Assembly (NCBI GenBank): GCA_964016885.1
Contig: OZ024766.1
Coordinates: 13,330,001 to 13,394,000 of the forward strand
Reading direction: 5' to 3'
Source of the DNA: Eledone cirrhosa
Taxonomy: Eukaryota
Length of the DNA stretch: 64,000 nt
Below, piece by piece: positions 43,601-59,699 of this stretch (its first letter is position 1; each line of letters opens with the position of its first letter). The notes beneath the pieces were generated by a model. That model saw only the letters and a list, made by a program, of their open reading frames with translations, had not been told where the DNA came from and did not search any database. A program made the translations under genes and the position numbers.

Positions 43601-44240
43601 ATTCTCACCAACAGTGGAGTTACTTCTGACAGCTAGTACCATGAACTTAAATGAATTCTCACCAACAGTGGAGTTACTTCTGACAGCTAATACCATGAAC
43701 TTAAATGAATTCTCAGCAACAGTGGAGTTCCTTCTGACAGCTAATACCATGAACTTAAATGAATTCTCACCAACATTGGAGTTACTTCTGACAGCTAGTA
43801 CCATGAACTTAAATGAATTCTCACCAACAGTGGAGTTACTTCTGACAGCTAATACCATGAACTTAAATGATTTCTCACCAACAGTGGCGTTCCTTCTGAC
43901 AGCTAATACCATGAACTTAAATGAATTCTCACCAACAGTGGAGTTACTTCTGACAGCTAATACCATGAACTTAAATGAATTCTTACCAACAGTGGAGTTA
44001 CTTCTGACAGCTAATACCATGAACTTAAATGAATTCTCACCAACATTGGAGTGACTTCTGACAGCTAATACCATGAACTTAAATGAATTCTCACCAACAT
44101 TGGGGTTACTTCTGACAGCTAGTACCATGAACTTAAATGTATTCTCACCAACAGTGGAGTGACTTCTGACAGCTAATACCATGAACTTAAATGAATTCTC
44201 ACCAACATTGGAGTTACTTCTGACAGCTAATACCATGACT
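34620..44240. repeat. Three tandem copies of a ~3.2-kb (59-60 monomer) higher-order unit
   Basis: Boundaries 34895/38132/41315 (offsets 3237 and 3183), 35326/38563/41746 and 36984/40221/43403. The private AATACGAATGAC variant is at about 36353 and 39590. TCTCCCCAAC is at about 35349, 38586 and 41769. Confidence 0.9.
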
Positions 44241-45799
44241 TAAATGAATTCTCACCAACAGTGGAGTTACTTCTGACAGCTAATACCATGAACTTAAATG
44301 AATTCTCACCAACAGTGGAGTTACTTCTGACAGCTAATACCATGAACTTAAATGAATTCTCACCAACATTGGAGTTACTTCTGACAGCCAGTACCATGAC
44401 TTAAATGAATTCTCACCAACAGTGGAGTTACTTCTGACAGCTAATACCATGAACTTAAATGAATTCTCACCAACAGTGGAGTTACTTCTGACAGCTAGTA
44501 CCATGAACTTAAATGAATTCTCACCAACATTGGAGTTACTTCTGACAACTAATACCATGACTTAAATGAATTCTCACCAACATTGGAGTGACTTCTGACA
44601 GCTAATACCATGAACTTAAATGAATTCTCACCAACATTGGGGTTACTTCTGACAGCTAGTACCATGAACTTAAATGAATTCTCACCAACAGTGGAGTGAC
44701 TTCTGACAACTAATACCATGAACTTAAATGAATTCTCACCAACATTGGAGTTACTTCTGACAGCTAATACCATGACTTAAATGAATTCTCACCAACAGTG
44801 GAGTTACTTCTGACAGCTAATACCATGAACTTAAATGAATTCTCACCAACAGTGGAGTTACTTCTGACAGCTAATACCATGAACTTAAATGAATTCTCAC
44901 CAACAGTGGAGTTACTTCTGACAGTTAATACCATGAACTTAAATGAATTCTCACCAACATTGGAGTGACTTCTGACAGCTAATACCATGAACTTAAATGA
45001 ATTCTCACCAACATTGGGGTTACTTCTGACAGCTAGTACCATGAACTTAAATGAATTCTCACCAACAGTGGAGTGACTTCTGACAGCTAATACCATGAAC
45101 TTAAATGAATTCTCACCAACATTGGAGTGACTTCAGACAGCTAATACCATGAACTTAAATGAATTCTCACCAACAGAGGAGTTACTTCTGACAGCTAGTA
45201 CCATGAACTTAAATGAATTCTCACCAACAGTGGAGTTACTTCTGACAGCTAATACCATGAACTTAAATGAATTCTCACCAACATTGGAGTTACTTCTGAC
45301 AGCTAGTACCATGAACTTAAATGAATTCTCACCAACATTGGAGTTCCTTCTGACAGCTAATACCATGAACTTAAATGAATTCTCACCAACATTGGAGTTA
45401 CTTCTGACAGCTAGTACCATGAACTTAAATGAATTCTCACCAACAGTGGAGTTACTTCTGACAGCTAATACCATGAACTTAAATGAATTCTCACCAACAG
45501 TGGCGTCCCTTCTGACAGCTAATACCATGAACTTAAATGAATTCTCACCAACAGTGGAGTTACTTCTGACAGCTAATACCATGAACTTAAATGAATTCTT
45601 ACCAACAGTGGAGTTACTTCTGACAGCTAATACCATGAACTTAAATGAATTCTCACCAACATTGGAGTGACTTCTGACAGCTAATACCATGAACTTAAAT
45701 GAATTCTCACGAACATTGGGGTTACTTCTGACAGCTAGTACCATGAACTTAAATGTATTCTCACCAACAGTGGAGTTACTTCTGACAGCTAATACCATG

Positions 45800-48700
45800 A
45801 ACTTAAATGAATTCTCACCAACATTGGAGTGACTTCTGACAGCTAATACCATGAACTTAAATGAATTCTCACCAACATTGGGGTTACTTCTGACAGCTAG
45901 TACCATGAACTTAAATGTATTCTCACCAACAGTGGAGTGACTTCTGACAGCTAATACCATGAACTTAAATGAATTCTCACCAACATTGGAGTTACTTCTG
46001 ACAGCTAATACCATAACTTAAATGAATTCTCACCAACAGTGGAGTTACTTCTGACAGCTAATACCATGAACTTAAATGAATTCTCACCAACAGTGGAGTT
46101 ACTTCTGACAGCTAATACCATGAACTTAAATGAATTCTCAGCAACAGTGGAGTTCCTTCTGACAGCTAATACCATGAACTTAAATGAATTCTCACCAACA
46201 TTGGAGTTACTTCTGACAGCTAGTACCATGAACTTAAATGAATTCTCACCAACAGTGGAGTTACTTCTGACAGCTAATACCATGAACTTAAATGAATTCT
46301 CACCAACAGTGGCGTTCCTTCTGACAGCTAATACCATGAACTTAAATGAATTCTCACCAACAGTGGAGTTACTTCTGACAGCTAATACCATGAACTTAAA
46401 TGAATTCTCACCAACATTGGAGTTACTTCTGACAGCCAGTACCATGACTTAAATGAATTCTCACCAACAGTGGAGTTACTTCTGACAGCTAATACCATGA
46501 ACTTAAATGAATTCTCACCAACAGTGGAGTTACTTCTGACAGCTAGTACCATGAACTTAAATGAATTCTCACCAACATTGGAGTTACTTCTGACAACTAA
46601 TACCATGACTTAAATGAATTCTCACCAACAGTGGAGTTACTTCTGACAAACTAATACCATGAACTTAAATGAATTCTCACCAACAGTGGAGTTACTTCTG
46701 ACAGCTAATACCATGAACTTAAATGAATTCTCACCAACAGTGGAGTTACTTCTGACAGCTAATACCATGAACTTAAATGAATTCTCACCAACAGTGGAGT
46801 TACTTCTGACAGCTAGTACCATGAACTTAAATGAATTCTCACCAACAGTGGAGTTACTTCTGACAGCTAGTACCATGAACTTAAATGAATTCTCACCAAC
46901 AGTGGAGTTACTTCTGACAGCTAATACCATGAACTTAAATGAATTCTCAGCAACAGTGGAGTTCCTTCTGACAGCTAATACCATGAACTTAAATGAATTC
47001 TCACCAACATTGGAGTTACTTCTGACAGCTAGTACCATGAACTTAAATGAATTCTCACCAACAGTGGAGTTACTTCTGACAGCTAATACCATGAACTTAA
47101 ATGAATTCTCACCAACAGTGGCGTTCCTTCTGACAGCTAATACCATGAACTTAAATGAATTCTCACCAACAGTGGAGTTACTTCTGACAGCTAATACCAT
47201 GAACTTAAATGAATTCTTACCAACAGTGGAGTTACTTCTGACAGCTAATACCATGAACTTAAATGAATTCTCACCAACATTGGAGTGACTTCTGACAGCT
47301 AATACCATGAACTTAAATGAATTCTCACCAACATTGGGGTTACTTCTGACAGCTAGTACCATGAACTTAAATGTATTCTCACCAACAGTGGAGTGACTTC
47401 TGACAGCTAATACCATGAACTTAAATGAATTCTCACCAACATTGGAGTTACTTCTGACAGCTAATACCATGACTTAAATGAATTCTCACCAACAGTGGAG
47501 TTACTTCTGACAGCTAATACCATGAACTTAAATGAATTCTCACCAACAGTGGAGTTACTTCTGACAGCTAGTACCATGAACTTAAATGAATTCTCACCAA
47601 CATTGGAGTTACTTCTGACAACTAATACCATGACTTAAATGAATTCTCACCAACAGTGGAGTTACTTCTGACAAACTAATACCATGAACTTAAATGAATT
47701 CTCACCAACAGTGGAGTTACTTCTGACAGCTAATACCATGAACTTAAATGAATTCTCACCAACAGTGGAGTTACTTCTGACAGCTAATACCATGAACTTA
47801 AATGAGTTCTCACCAACAGTGGAGTTACTTCTGACAGCTAATACCATGACTTAAATGAATTCTCACCAACAGTGGAGTTACTTCTGACAGCTAATACCAT
47901 GAACTTAAATGAATTCTCACCAACAGTGGAGTTACTTCTGACAGCTAATACCATGACTTAAATGAATACTCACCAACAGTGGAGTTACTTCTGACAGCTA
48001 ATACCATGAACTTAAATGAATTCTCACCAACATTGGAGTTACTTCTGACAGCTAGTACCATGAACTTAAATGAATTCTCACCAACAGTGGAGTTACTTCT
48101 GACAGCTAATACCATGAACTTAAATGAATTCTTACCAACAGTGGAGTTACTTCTGACAGCTAATACCATGAACTTAAATGAATTCTCACCAACATTGGAG
48201 TGACGTCTGACAGCTAATACCATGAACTTAAATGAATTCTCACCAACATTGGGGTTACTTCTGACAGCTAGTACCATGAACTTAAATGTATTCTCACCAA
48301 CAGTGGAGTGACTTCTGACAGCTAATACCATGAACTTAAATGAATTCTCACCAACATTGGAGTTACTTCTGACAGCTAATACCATAACTTAAATGAATTC
48401 TCACCAACAGTGGAGTTACTTCTGACAGCTAATACCATGAACTTAAATGAATTCTCACCAACAGTGGAGTTACTTCTGACAGCTAATACCATGAACTTAA
48501 ATGAATTCTCAGCAACAGTGGAGTTCCTTCTGACAGCTAATACCATGAACTTAAATGAATTCTCACCAACATTGGAGTTACTTCTGACAGCTAGTACCAT
48601 GAACTTAAATGAATTCTCACCAACAGTGGAGTTACTTCTGACAGCTAATACCATGAACTTAAATGAATTCTCACCAACAGTGGCGTTCCTTCTGACAGCT

Positions 48701-50490
48701 AATACCATGAACTTAAATGAATTCTCACCAACAGTGGAGTTACTTCTGACAGCTAATACCATGAACTTAAATGAATTCTCACCAACATTGGAGTTACTTC
48801 TGACAGCCAGTACCATGACTTAAATGAATTCTCACCAACAGTGGAGTTACTTCTGACAGCTAATACCATGAACTTAAATGAATTCTCACCAACAGTGGAG
48901 TTACTTCTGACAGCTAGTACCATGAACTTAAATGAATTCTCACCAACATTGGAGTTACTTCTGACAACTAATACCATGACTTAAATGAATTCTCACCAAC
49001 AGTGGAGTTACTTCTGACAAACTAATACCATGAACTTAAATGAATTCTCACCAACAGTGGAGTTACTTCTGACAGCTAATACCATGAACTTAAATGAATT
49101 CTCACCAACAGTGGAGTTACTTCTGACAGCTAATACCATGAACTTAAATGAATTCTCACCAACAGTGGAGTTACTTCTGACAGCTAGTACCATGAACTTA
49201 AATGAATTCTCACCAACAGTGGAGTTACTTCTGACAGCTAGTACCATGAACTTAAATGAATTCTCACCAACAGTGGAGTTACTTCTGACAGCTAATACCA
49301 TGAACTTAAATGAATTCTCAGCAACAGTGGAGTTCCTTCTGACAGCTAATACCATGAACTTAAATGAATTCTCACCAACATTGGAGTTACTTCTGACAGC
49401 TAGTACCATGAACTTAAATGAATTCTCACCAACAGTGGAGTTACTTCTGACAGCTAATACCATGAACTTAAATGAATTCTCACCAACAGTGGCGTTCCTT
49501 CTGACAGCTAATACCATGAACTTAAATGAATTCTCACCAACAGTGGAGTTACTTCTGACAGCTAATACCATGAACTTAAATGAATTCTTACCAACAGTGG
49601 AGTTACTTCTGACAGCTAATACCATGAACTTAAATGAATTCTCACCAACATTGGAGTGACTTCTGACAGCTAATACCATGAACTTAAATGAATTCTCACC
49701 AACATTGGGGTTACTTCTGACAGCTAGTACCATGAACTTAAATGTATTCTCACCAACAGTGGAGTGACTTCTGACAGCTAATACCATGAACTTAAATGAA
49801 TTCTCACCAACATTGGAGTTACTTCTGACAGCTAATACCATGACTTAAATGAATTCTCACCAACAGTGGAGTTACTTCTGACAGCTAATACCATGAACTT
49901 AAATGAATTCTCACCAACAGTGGAGTTACTTCTGACAGCTAGTACCATGAACTTAAATGAATTCTCACCAACATTGGAGTTACTTCTGACAACTAATACC
50001 ATGACTTAAATGAATTCTCACCAACAGTGGAGTTACTTCTGACAAACTAATACCATGAACTTAAATGAATTCTCACCAACAGTGGAGTTACTTCTGACAG
50101 CTAATACCATGAACTTAAATGAATTCTCACCAACAGTGGAGTTACTTCTGACAGCTAATACCATGAACTTAAATGAGTTCTCACCAACAGTGGAGTTACT
50201 TCTGACAGCTAATACCATGACTTAAATGAATTCTCACCAACAGTGGAGTTACTTCTGACAGCTAATACCATGAACTTAAATGAATTCTCACCAACAGTGG
50301 AGTTACTTCTGACAGCTAATACCATGACTTAAATGAATACTCACCAACAGTGGAGTTACTTCTGACAGCTAATACCATGAACTTAAATGAATTCTCACCA
50401 ACATTGGAGTTACTTCTGACAGCTAGTACCATGAACTTAAATGAATTCTCACCAACAGTGGAGTTACTTCTGACAGCTAATACCATGAAC
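45800..50490. repeat. Tandem duplication, period 2371 bp (44 monomers)
   Basis: Rare variants CATAACTT (46012/48383), ATGAGTTC (47802/50173) and GAATACTC (47964/50335) are all offset by 2371. Confidence 0.9.
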
Positions 50491-53400
50491 TTAAATGAAT
50501 TCTCACCAACAGTGGAGTTACTTCTGACAGCTAATACCATGAACTTAAATGAATTCTCACCAACAGTGGAGTTACTTCTGACAGCTAATACCATGAATTT
50601 AAATGAATTCTCACCAACATTGGAGTTACTTCTGACAGCTAGTACCATGAACTTAAATGAATTCTCACCAACAGTGGAGTGACTTCTGTCAGCTAATACC
50701 ATAAACTTAAATGAATTCTCACCAACAGTGGAGTTACTTCTGACAGCTAATACCATGAACTTAAATGAATTCTCACCAACAGTGGAGTTACTTCTGACAG
50801 CTAGCACCATGAACTTAAATGAATTCTCACCAACAGTGGAGTTACTTCTGACAGCTAATACCATGAACTTAAATGAATTCTCAGCAACAGTGGAGTTCCT
50901 TCTGACAGCTAATACCATGAACTTAAATGAATTCTCACCAACATAGGAGTTACTTCTGACAGCTAGTAGCATGAACTTAAATGAATTCTCACCAACAGTG
51001 GAGTTACTTCTGACAGCTAATACCATGAACTTAAATGAATTCTCACCAACAGTGGCGTTCCTTCTGACAGCTAACACCATGAACTTAAATGAATTCTCAC
51101 CAACAGTGGAGTTACTTCTGACAGCTAATACCATGAACTTAAATGAATTCTTACCAACAGTGGAGTTACTTCTGACAGCTAATACCATGAACTTAAATGA
51201 ATTCTCACCAACATTGGAGTGACTTCTGACAGCTAATACCATGAACTTAAATGAATTCTCACCAACATTGGGGTTACTTCTGACAGCTAGTACCATGAAC
51301 TTAAATGAATTCTCACCAACAGTGGAGTGACTTCTGACAGCTAATACCATGAACTTAAATGAATTCTCACCAACATTGGAGTTACTTCTGACAGCTAATA
51401 CCATGACTTAAATGAATTCTCACCAACAGTGGAGTTACTTCTGACAGCTAATACCATGAACTTAAATGAATTCTCACCAACAGTGGAGTTACTTCTGACA
51501 GCTAATACCATGAACTTAAATGAATTCTCACCAACATTGGAGTTACTTCTGACAGCTAGTACCATGACTTAAATGAATTCTCACCAACATTGGAGTTACT
51601 TCTGACAGCTAATACCATGACTTAAATGAATTCTCACCAACAGTGGAGTTACTTCTGACAGCTATTACCATGAACTTAAATGAATTCTCACCAACAGTGG
51701 AGTTACTTCTGACAGCTAGTACCATGAACTTAAATGAATCCTCACCAACATTGGAGTTACTTCTGACAACTAATACCATGACTTAAATGAATTCTCACCA
51801 ACAGTGGAGTTACTTCTGACAAACTAATACCATGAACTTAAATGAATTCTCACCAACAGTGGAGTTACTTCTGACAGCTAATACCATGAACTTAAATGAA
51901 TTCTCACCAACAGTGGAGTTACTTCTGACAGCTAATACCATGACTTAAATGAATTCTCACCAACAGTGGAGTTACTTCTGACAGCTAATACCATGAACTT
52001 AAATGAATTCTCACCAACAGTGGAGTTACTTCTGACAGCTAATACCATGAATTTAAATGAATTCTCACCAACATTGGAGTTACTTCTGACAGCTAGTACC
52101 ATGAACTTAAATGAATTCTCACCAACAGAGGAGTGACTTCTGTCAGCTAATACCATGAACTTAAATGAATTCTCACCAACAGTGGAGTTACTTCTGACAG
52201 CTAATACCATGAACTTAAATGAATTCTCACCAACATTGGAGTTACTTCTGACAGCCAGTACCATGACTTAAATGAATTCTCACCAACAGTGGAGTTACTT
52301 CTGACAGCTAATACCATGAACTTAAATGAATTCTCACCAACAGTGGAGTTACTTCTGACAGCTAGTACCATGAACTTAAATGAATTCTCACCATCATTGG
52401 AGTTACTTCTGACAACTAATACCATGACTTAAATGAATTCTCACCAACAGTGGAGTTACTTCTGACAAACTAATACCATGAACTTAAATGAATTCTCACC
52501 AACAGTGGAGTTACTTCTGACAGCTAATACCATGAACTTAAATGAATTCTCACCAACAGTGGAGTTACTTCTGACAGCTAATACCATGAACTTAAATGAA
52601 TTCTCACCAACAGTGGAGTTACTTCTGACAGCTAATACCATGACTTAAATGAATTCTCACCAACAGTGGAGTTACTTCTGACAGCTAATACCATGAACTT
52701 AAATGAATTCTCACCAACAGTGGAGTTACTTCTGACAGCTAATACCATGACTTAAGTGAATTCTCACCAACAGTGGAGTTACTTCTGACAGCTAATACCA
52801 TGAACTTAAATGAATTCTCACCAACATTGGAGTTACTTCTGACAGATAGTACCATGAACTTAAATGAATTCTCACCAACAGTGGAGTTACTTCTGACAGC
52901 TAATACCATGAACTTAAATGAATTCTCACCAACAGTGGAGTTACTTCTGACAGCTAATACCATGAACTTAAATGAATTCTCACCAACAGTGGAGTTACTT
53001 CTGACAGCTAATACCATGAATTTAAATGAATTCTCACCAACATTGGAGTTACTTCTGACAGCTAGTACCATGAACTTAAATGAATTCTCACCAACAGTGG
53101 AGTGACTTCTGTCAGCTAATACCATGAACTTAAATGAATTCTCACCAACAGTGGAGTTACTTCTGACAGCTAGCACCATGAACTTAAATGAATTCTCACC
53201 AACAGTGGAGTTACTTCTGACAGCTAATACCATGAACTTAAATTAATTCTCAGCAACAGTGGAGTTCCTTCTGACAGCTAATACCATGAACTTAAATGAA
53301 TTCTCACCAACATAGGAGTTACTTCTGACAGCTAGTAGCATGAACTTAAATGAATTCTCACCAACAGTGGAGTTACTTCTGACAGCTAATACCATGAACT

Positions 53401-56400
53401 TAAATGAATTCTCACCAACAGTGGCGTTCCTTCTGACAGCTAATACCATGAACTTAAATGAATTCTCACCAACAGTGGAGTTACTTCTGATAGCTAATAC
53501 CATGAACTTAAATGAATTCTTACCAACAGTGGAGTTACTTCTGACAGCTAATACCATGAACTTAAATGAATTCTCACCAACATTGGAGTGACTTCTGACA
53601 GCTAATACCATGAACTTAAATGAATTCTCACCAACATTGGGGTTACTTCTGACAGCTAGTACCATGAACTTAAATGAATTCTCACCAACAGTGGAGTGAC
53701 TTCTGACAGCTAATACCATGAACTTAAATGAATTCTCACCAACATTGGAGTTACTTCTGACAGCTAATACCATGACTTAAATGAATTCTCACCAACAGTG
53801 GCGTTCCTTCTGACAGCTAATACCATGAACTTAAATGAATTCTCACCAACAGTGGAGTTACTTCTGACAGCTAGTACCATGACTTAAATGAATTCTCACC
53901 AACATTGGAGTTCCTTCTGACAGCTAATACCATGAACTTAAATGAATTCTCACCAACAGTGGAGTTCCTTCTGACAGCTAATACCATGAACTTAAATGAA
54001 TTCTCACCAACATTGGAGTTACTTCTGACAACTAATACCATGACTTAAATGAATTCTCACCAACAGTGGAGTTACTTCTGACAAACTAATACCATGAACA
54101 TAAATGAATTCTCACCAACAGTGGAGTTACTTCTGACAGCTAATACCATGAACTTAAATGAATTCTCACCAACATTGGAGTGACTTCTGACAGCTAATAC
54201 CATGAACTTAAATGAATTCTCACCAACATTGGGGTTACTTCTGCCAGCTAGTACCATGAACTTAAATGAATTCTCACCAACAGTGGAGTGACTTCTGACA
54301 GCTAATACCATGAACCTAAATGGATTCTCACCAACATTGGAGTGACTTCTGACAGCTAATACCATGAACTTAAATGAATTCTCACCAACAGTGGAGTTAC
54401 TTCTGACAGCTAGTACCATGAACTTAAATGAATTCTCACCAACAGTGGAGTTACTTCTGACAGCTAATACCATGAACTTAAATGAATTCTCAGCAACAGT
54501 GGAGTTCCTTCTGACAGCTAATACCATGAACTTAAATGAATTCTCACCAACATTGGAGTTACTTCTGACAGCTAGTACCATGAACTTAAATGAATTCTCA
54601 CCAACAGTGGAGTTACTTCTGACAGCTAATACCATGAACTTAAATGAATTCTCACCAACAGTGGCGTTCCTTCTGACAGCTAATACCATGAACTTAAATG
54701 AATTCTCACCAACAGTGGAGTTACTTCTGACAGCTAGTACCATGACTTAAATGAATTCTCACCAACATTGGAGTTCCTTCTGACAGCTAATACCATGAAC
54801 TTAAATGAATTCTCACCAACAGTGGAGTTACTTCTGACAGCTAATACCATGAACTTAAATGAATTCTCACCAACAGTGGAGTTACTTCTGACAGCTAATA
54901 CCATGAACTTAAATGAATTCTCACCAACAGTGGAGTTACTTCTGACAGCTAATACCATGAACTTAAACGAATTCTCACCAACAGTGGAGTTACTTCTGAC
55001 AGCTAATACCATGAACATAAATGAATTCTCACCAACATTGGAGTTACTTCTGACAGCTAGTACCATGACTTAAATGAATTCTCACCAACATTGGAGTTAC
55101 TTCTGACAGCTAATACCATGACTTAAATGAATTCTCACGAACAGTGGAGTTACTTCTGACAGCTAATACCATGAACTTAAATGAATTCTCACCAACAGTG
55201 GATTTACTTCTGACAGCTAGTACCATGAACTTAAATGAATTCTCACCAACATTGGAGTTACTTCTGACAACTAATACCATGACTTAAATGAATTCTCACC
55301 AACAGTGGAGTTACTTCTGACAAACTAATACCATGAACTTAAATGAATTCTCACCAACAGTGGAGTTACTTCTGACAGCTAGTACCATGAACTTAAATGA
55401 ATTCTCACCAACAGTGGAGTTACTTCTGACAGCTAATACCATGAACTTAAATGAATTCTCACCAACAGTGGAGTTACTTCTGACAGCTAATACCATGAAC
55501 TTAAATGAATTCTCACCAACATTGGAGTTACTTCTGACAGCTAATACCATGGCTTAACTGAATTCTCACCAACAGTGGAGTTACTTCTGACAGCTAATAC
55601 CATGAACTTAAATGAATTCTCACCAACATTGGAGTTACTTCTGACAGCTAGTACCATGAACTTAAATGAATTCTCACCAACAGTGGAGTTACTTCTGACA
55701 ACTAATACCATGAACTTAAATGAATTCTCACCAACAGTGGAGTTACTTCTGACAGCTAATACCATGAACTTAAATGAATTCTCACCAACAGTGGAGTTCC
55801 TTCTGACAGCTAATACCATGAACTTAAATGAATTCTCACCAACATTGGAGTTACTTCTGACAGCTAGTACCATGACTTAAATGAATTCTCACCAACATTG
55901 GAGTTACTTCTGACAGCTAGTACCATGACTTAAATGAATTCTCACCAACAATGGAGTTACTTCTGACAGCTAATACCATGACTTAAATGAATTCTCACCA
56001 ACAGTGGAGTTACTTCTGACAGCTAATACCATGAACTTAAATGAATTCTCACCAACAGTGGAGTTCCTTCTGACAGCTAATACCATGAACTTAAATGAAT
56101 TCTCACCAACATTGGAGTTACTTCTGACAGCTAGTACCATGAACTTAAATGAATTCTCACCAACAGTGGAGTTACTTCTGACAGCTAATACCATGAACTT
56201 AAATGAATTCTCACCAACAGTGGCGTTCCTTCTGACAGCTAATACCATGAACTTAAATGAATTCTCACCAACAGTGGAGTTACTTCTGACAGCTAGTACC
56301 ATGACTTAAATGAATTCTCACCAACATTGGTGTTCCTTCTGACAGCTAATACCATGAACTTAAATGAATTCTCACCAACAGTGGAGTTCCTTCTGACAGC

Positions 56401-56779
56401 TAATACCATGAACTTAAATGAATTCTCACCCACATTGGAGTTACTTCTGACAACTAATACCATGACTTAAATGAATTCTCACCAACAGTGGAGTTACTTC
56501 TGACAAACTAATACCATGAACTTAAATGAATTCTCACCAACAGTGGAGTTACTTCTGACAGCTAGTACCATGAACTTAAATGAATTCTCACCAACATTGG
56601 AGTTACTTCTGACAGCTAGTACCATGAACTTAAATGAATTCTCACCAACAGTGGAGTTACTTCTGACAGCTAATACCATGAACTTAAATGAATTCTCACC
56701 AACAGTGGAGTTACTTCTGACAGCTAATACCATGAACTTAAATGAATTCTCACCAACAGTGGAGTTACTTCTGACAGCT

Positions 56780-59065
56780 AATACCATGAACTTAAATGAA
56801 TTCTCACCAACATTGGAGTTACTTCTGACAGCTAGTACCATGAACTTAAATGAATTCTCACCAACAGTGGAGTGACTTCTGTCAGCTAATACCATGAACT
56901 TAAATGAATTCTCACCAACAGTAGAGTTACTTCTGACAGCTAATACCATGAACTTAAATGAATTCTCACCAACAGTGGAGTTACTTCTGACAGCTAGTAC
57001 CATGAACTTAAATGAATTCTCACCAACAGTGGAGTTACTTCTGACAGCTAATACCATGACTTAAATGAATTCTCACCAACAGTGGAGTTACTTCTGACAG
57101 CTAATACCATGAACTTAAATGAATTCTCACCAACATTGGAGTTACTTCTGACAGCTAGTACCATGAACTTAAATGAATTCTCACCAACAGTGGAGTTACT
57201 TCTGACAGCTAATACCATGAACTTAAATGAATTCTCACCAACAGTGGAGTTACTTCTGACAGCTAATACCATGAACTTAAATGAATTCTCACCAACAGTG
57301 GAGTTACTTCTGACAGCTAATACCATGAATTTAAATGAATTCTCACCAACATTGGAGTTACTTCTGACAGCTAGTACCATGAACTTAAATGAATTCTCAC
57401 CAACAGTGGAGTGACTTCTGTCAGCTAATACCATGAACTTAAATGAATTCTCACCAACAGTGGAGTTACTTCTGACAGCTAATAGCATGAACTTAAATGA
57501 ATTCTCACCAACAGTGGAGTTACTTCTGACAGCTAGCACCATGAACTTAAATGAATTATCACCAACAGTGGAGTTACTTCTGACAGCTAATACCATGAAC
57601 TTAAATGAATTCTCAGCAACAGTGGAGTTCCTTCTGACAGCTAATACCATGAACTTAAATGAATTCTCACCAACATAGGAGTTACTTCTGACAGCTAGTA
57701 GCATGAACTTAAATGAATTCTCACCAACAGTGGAGTTACTTCTGACAGCTAATACCATGAACTTAAATGAATTCTCACCAACAGTGGCGTTCCTTCTGAC
57801 AGCTAATACCATGAACTTAAATGAATTCTCACCAACAGTGGAGTTACTTCTGACAGCTAATACCATGAACTTAAATGAATTCTTACCAACAGTGGATTTA
57901 CTTCTGACAGCTAATACCATGAACTTAAATGAATTCTCACCAACATTGGAGTTACTTCTGACAGCTAGTACCATGAACTTAAATGAATTCTCACCAACAG
58001 TGGAGTGACTTCTGTCAGCTAATACCATGAACTTAAATGAATTCTCACCAACAGTAGAGTTACTTCTGACAGCTAATACCATGAACTTAAATGAATTCTC
58101 ACCAACAGTGGAGTTACTTCTGACAGCTAGTACCATGAACTTAAATGAATTCTCACCAACAGTGGAGTTACTTCTGACAGCTAATACCATGACTTAAATG
58201 AATTCTCACCAACAGTGGAGTTACTTCTGACAGCTAATACCATGAACTTAAATGAATTCTCACCAACATTGGAGTTACTTCTGACAGCTAGTACCATGAA
58301 CTTAAATGAATTCTCACCAACAGTGGAGTTACTTCTGACAGCTAATACCATGAACTTAAATGAATTCTCACCAACAGTGGAGTTACTTCTGACAGCTAAT
58401 ACCATGAACTTAAATGAATTCTCACCAACAGTGGAGTTACTTCTGACAGCTAATACCATGAATTTAAATGAATTCTCACCAACATTGGAGTTACTTCTGA
58501 CAGCTAGTACCATGAACTTAAATGAATTCTCACCAACAGTGGAGTGACTTCTGTCAGCTAATACCATGAACTTAAATGAATTCTCACCAACAGTGGAGTT
58601 ACTTCTGACAGCTAATACCATGAACTTAAATGAATTCTCACCAACAGTGGAGTTACTTCTGACAGCTAGCACCATGAACTTAAATGAATTATCACCAACA
58701 GTGGAGTTACTTCTGACAGCTAATACCATGAACTTAAATGAATTCTCAGCAACAGTGGAGTTCCTTCTGACAGCTAATACCATGAACTTAAATGAATTCT
58801 CACCAACATAGGAGTTACTTCTGACAGCTAGTAGCATGAACTTAAATGAATTCTCACCAACAGTGGAGTTACTTCTGACAGCTAATACCATGAACTTAAA
58901 TGAATTCTCACCAACAGTGGCGTTCCTTCTGACAGCTAATACCATGAACTTAAATGAATTCTCACCAACAGTGGAGTTACTTCTGACAGCTAATACCATG
59001 AACTTAAATGAATTCTTACCAACAGTGGATTTACTTCTGACAGCTAATACCATGAACTTAAATGA
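56780..59065. repeat. Tandem duplication, period 1133 bp (21 monomers)
   Basis: Rare variants GTAGAG (56921/58054), GAATTATC (57553/58686) and GGATTTA (57894/59027) are offset by 1133. Confidence 0.9.
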
Positions 59066-59699
59066 ATTCTCACCAACATTGGAGTGACTTCTAACAGCTA
59101 ATACCATGAACTTAAATGAATTCTCACCAACATTGGGGTTACTTCTGACAGCTAGTACCATGAACTTAAATGAATTCTCACCAACAGTGGAGTGACTTCT
59201 GACAGCTAATACCATGAACTTAAATGAATTCTCACCAACATTGGAGTTACTTCTGACAGCTAATACCATGACTTAAATGAATTCTCACCAACAGTGGAGT
59301 TACTTCTGACAGCTAATACCATGAACTTAAATGAATTCTCACCAACAGTGGAGTTACTTCTGACAGCTAATACCATGAACTTAAATGAATTCTCACCAAC
59401 ATTGGAGTTACTTCTGACAGCTAGTACCATGACTTAAATGAATTCTCACCAACATTGGAGTTACTTCTGACAGCTAATACCATGACTTAAATGAATTCTC
59501 ACCAACAGTGGAGTTACTTCTGACAGCTATTACCATGAACTTAAATGAATTCTCACCAACAGTGGAGTTATTTCTGACAGCTAGTACCATGAACTTAAAT
59601 GAATTCTCACCAACATTGGAGTTACTTCTGACAACTAATACCATGACTTAAATGAATTCTCACCAACAGTGGAGTTACTTCTGACAAACTAATACCATA

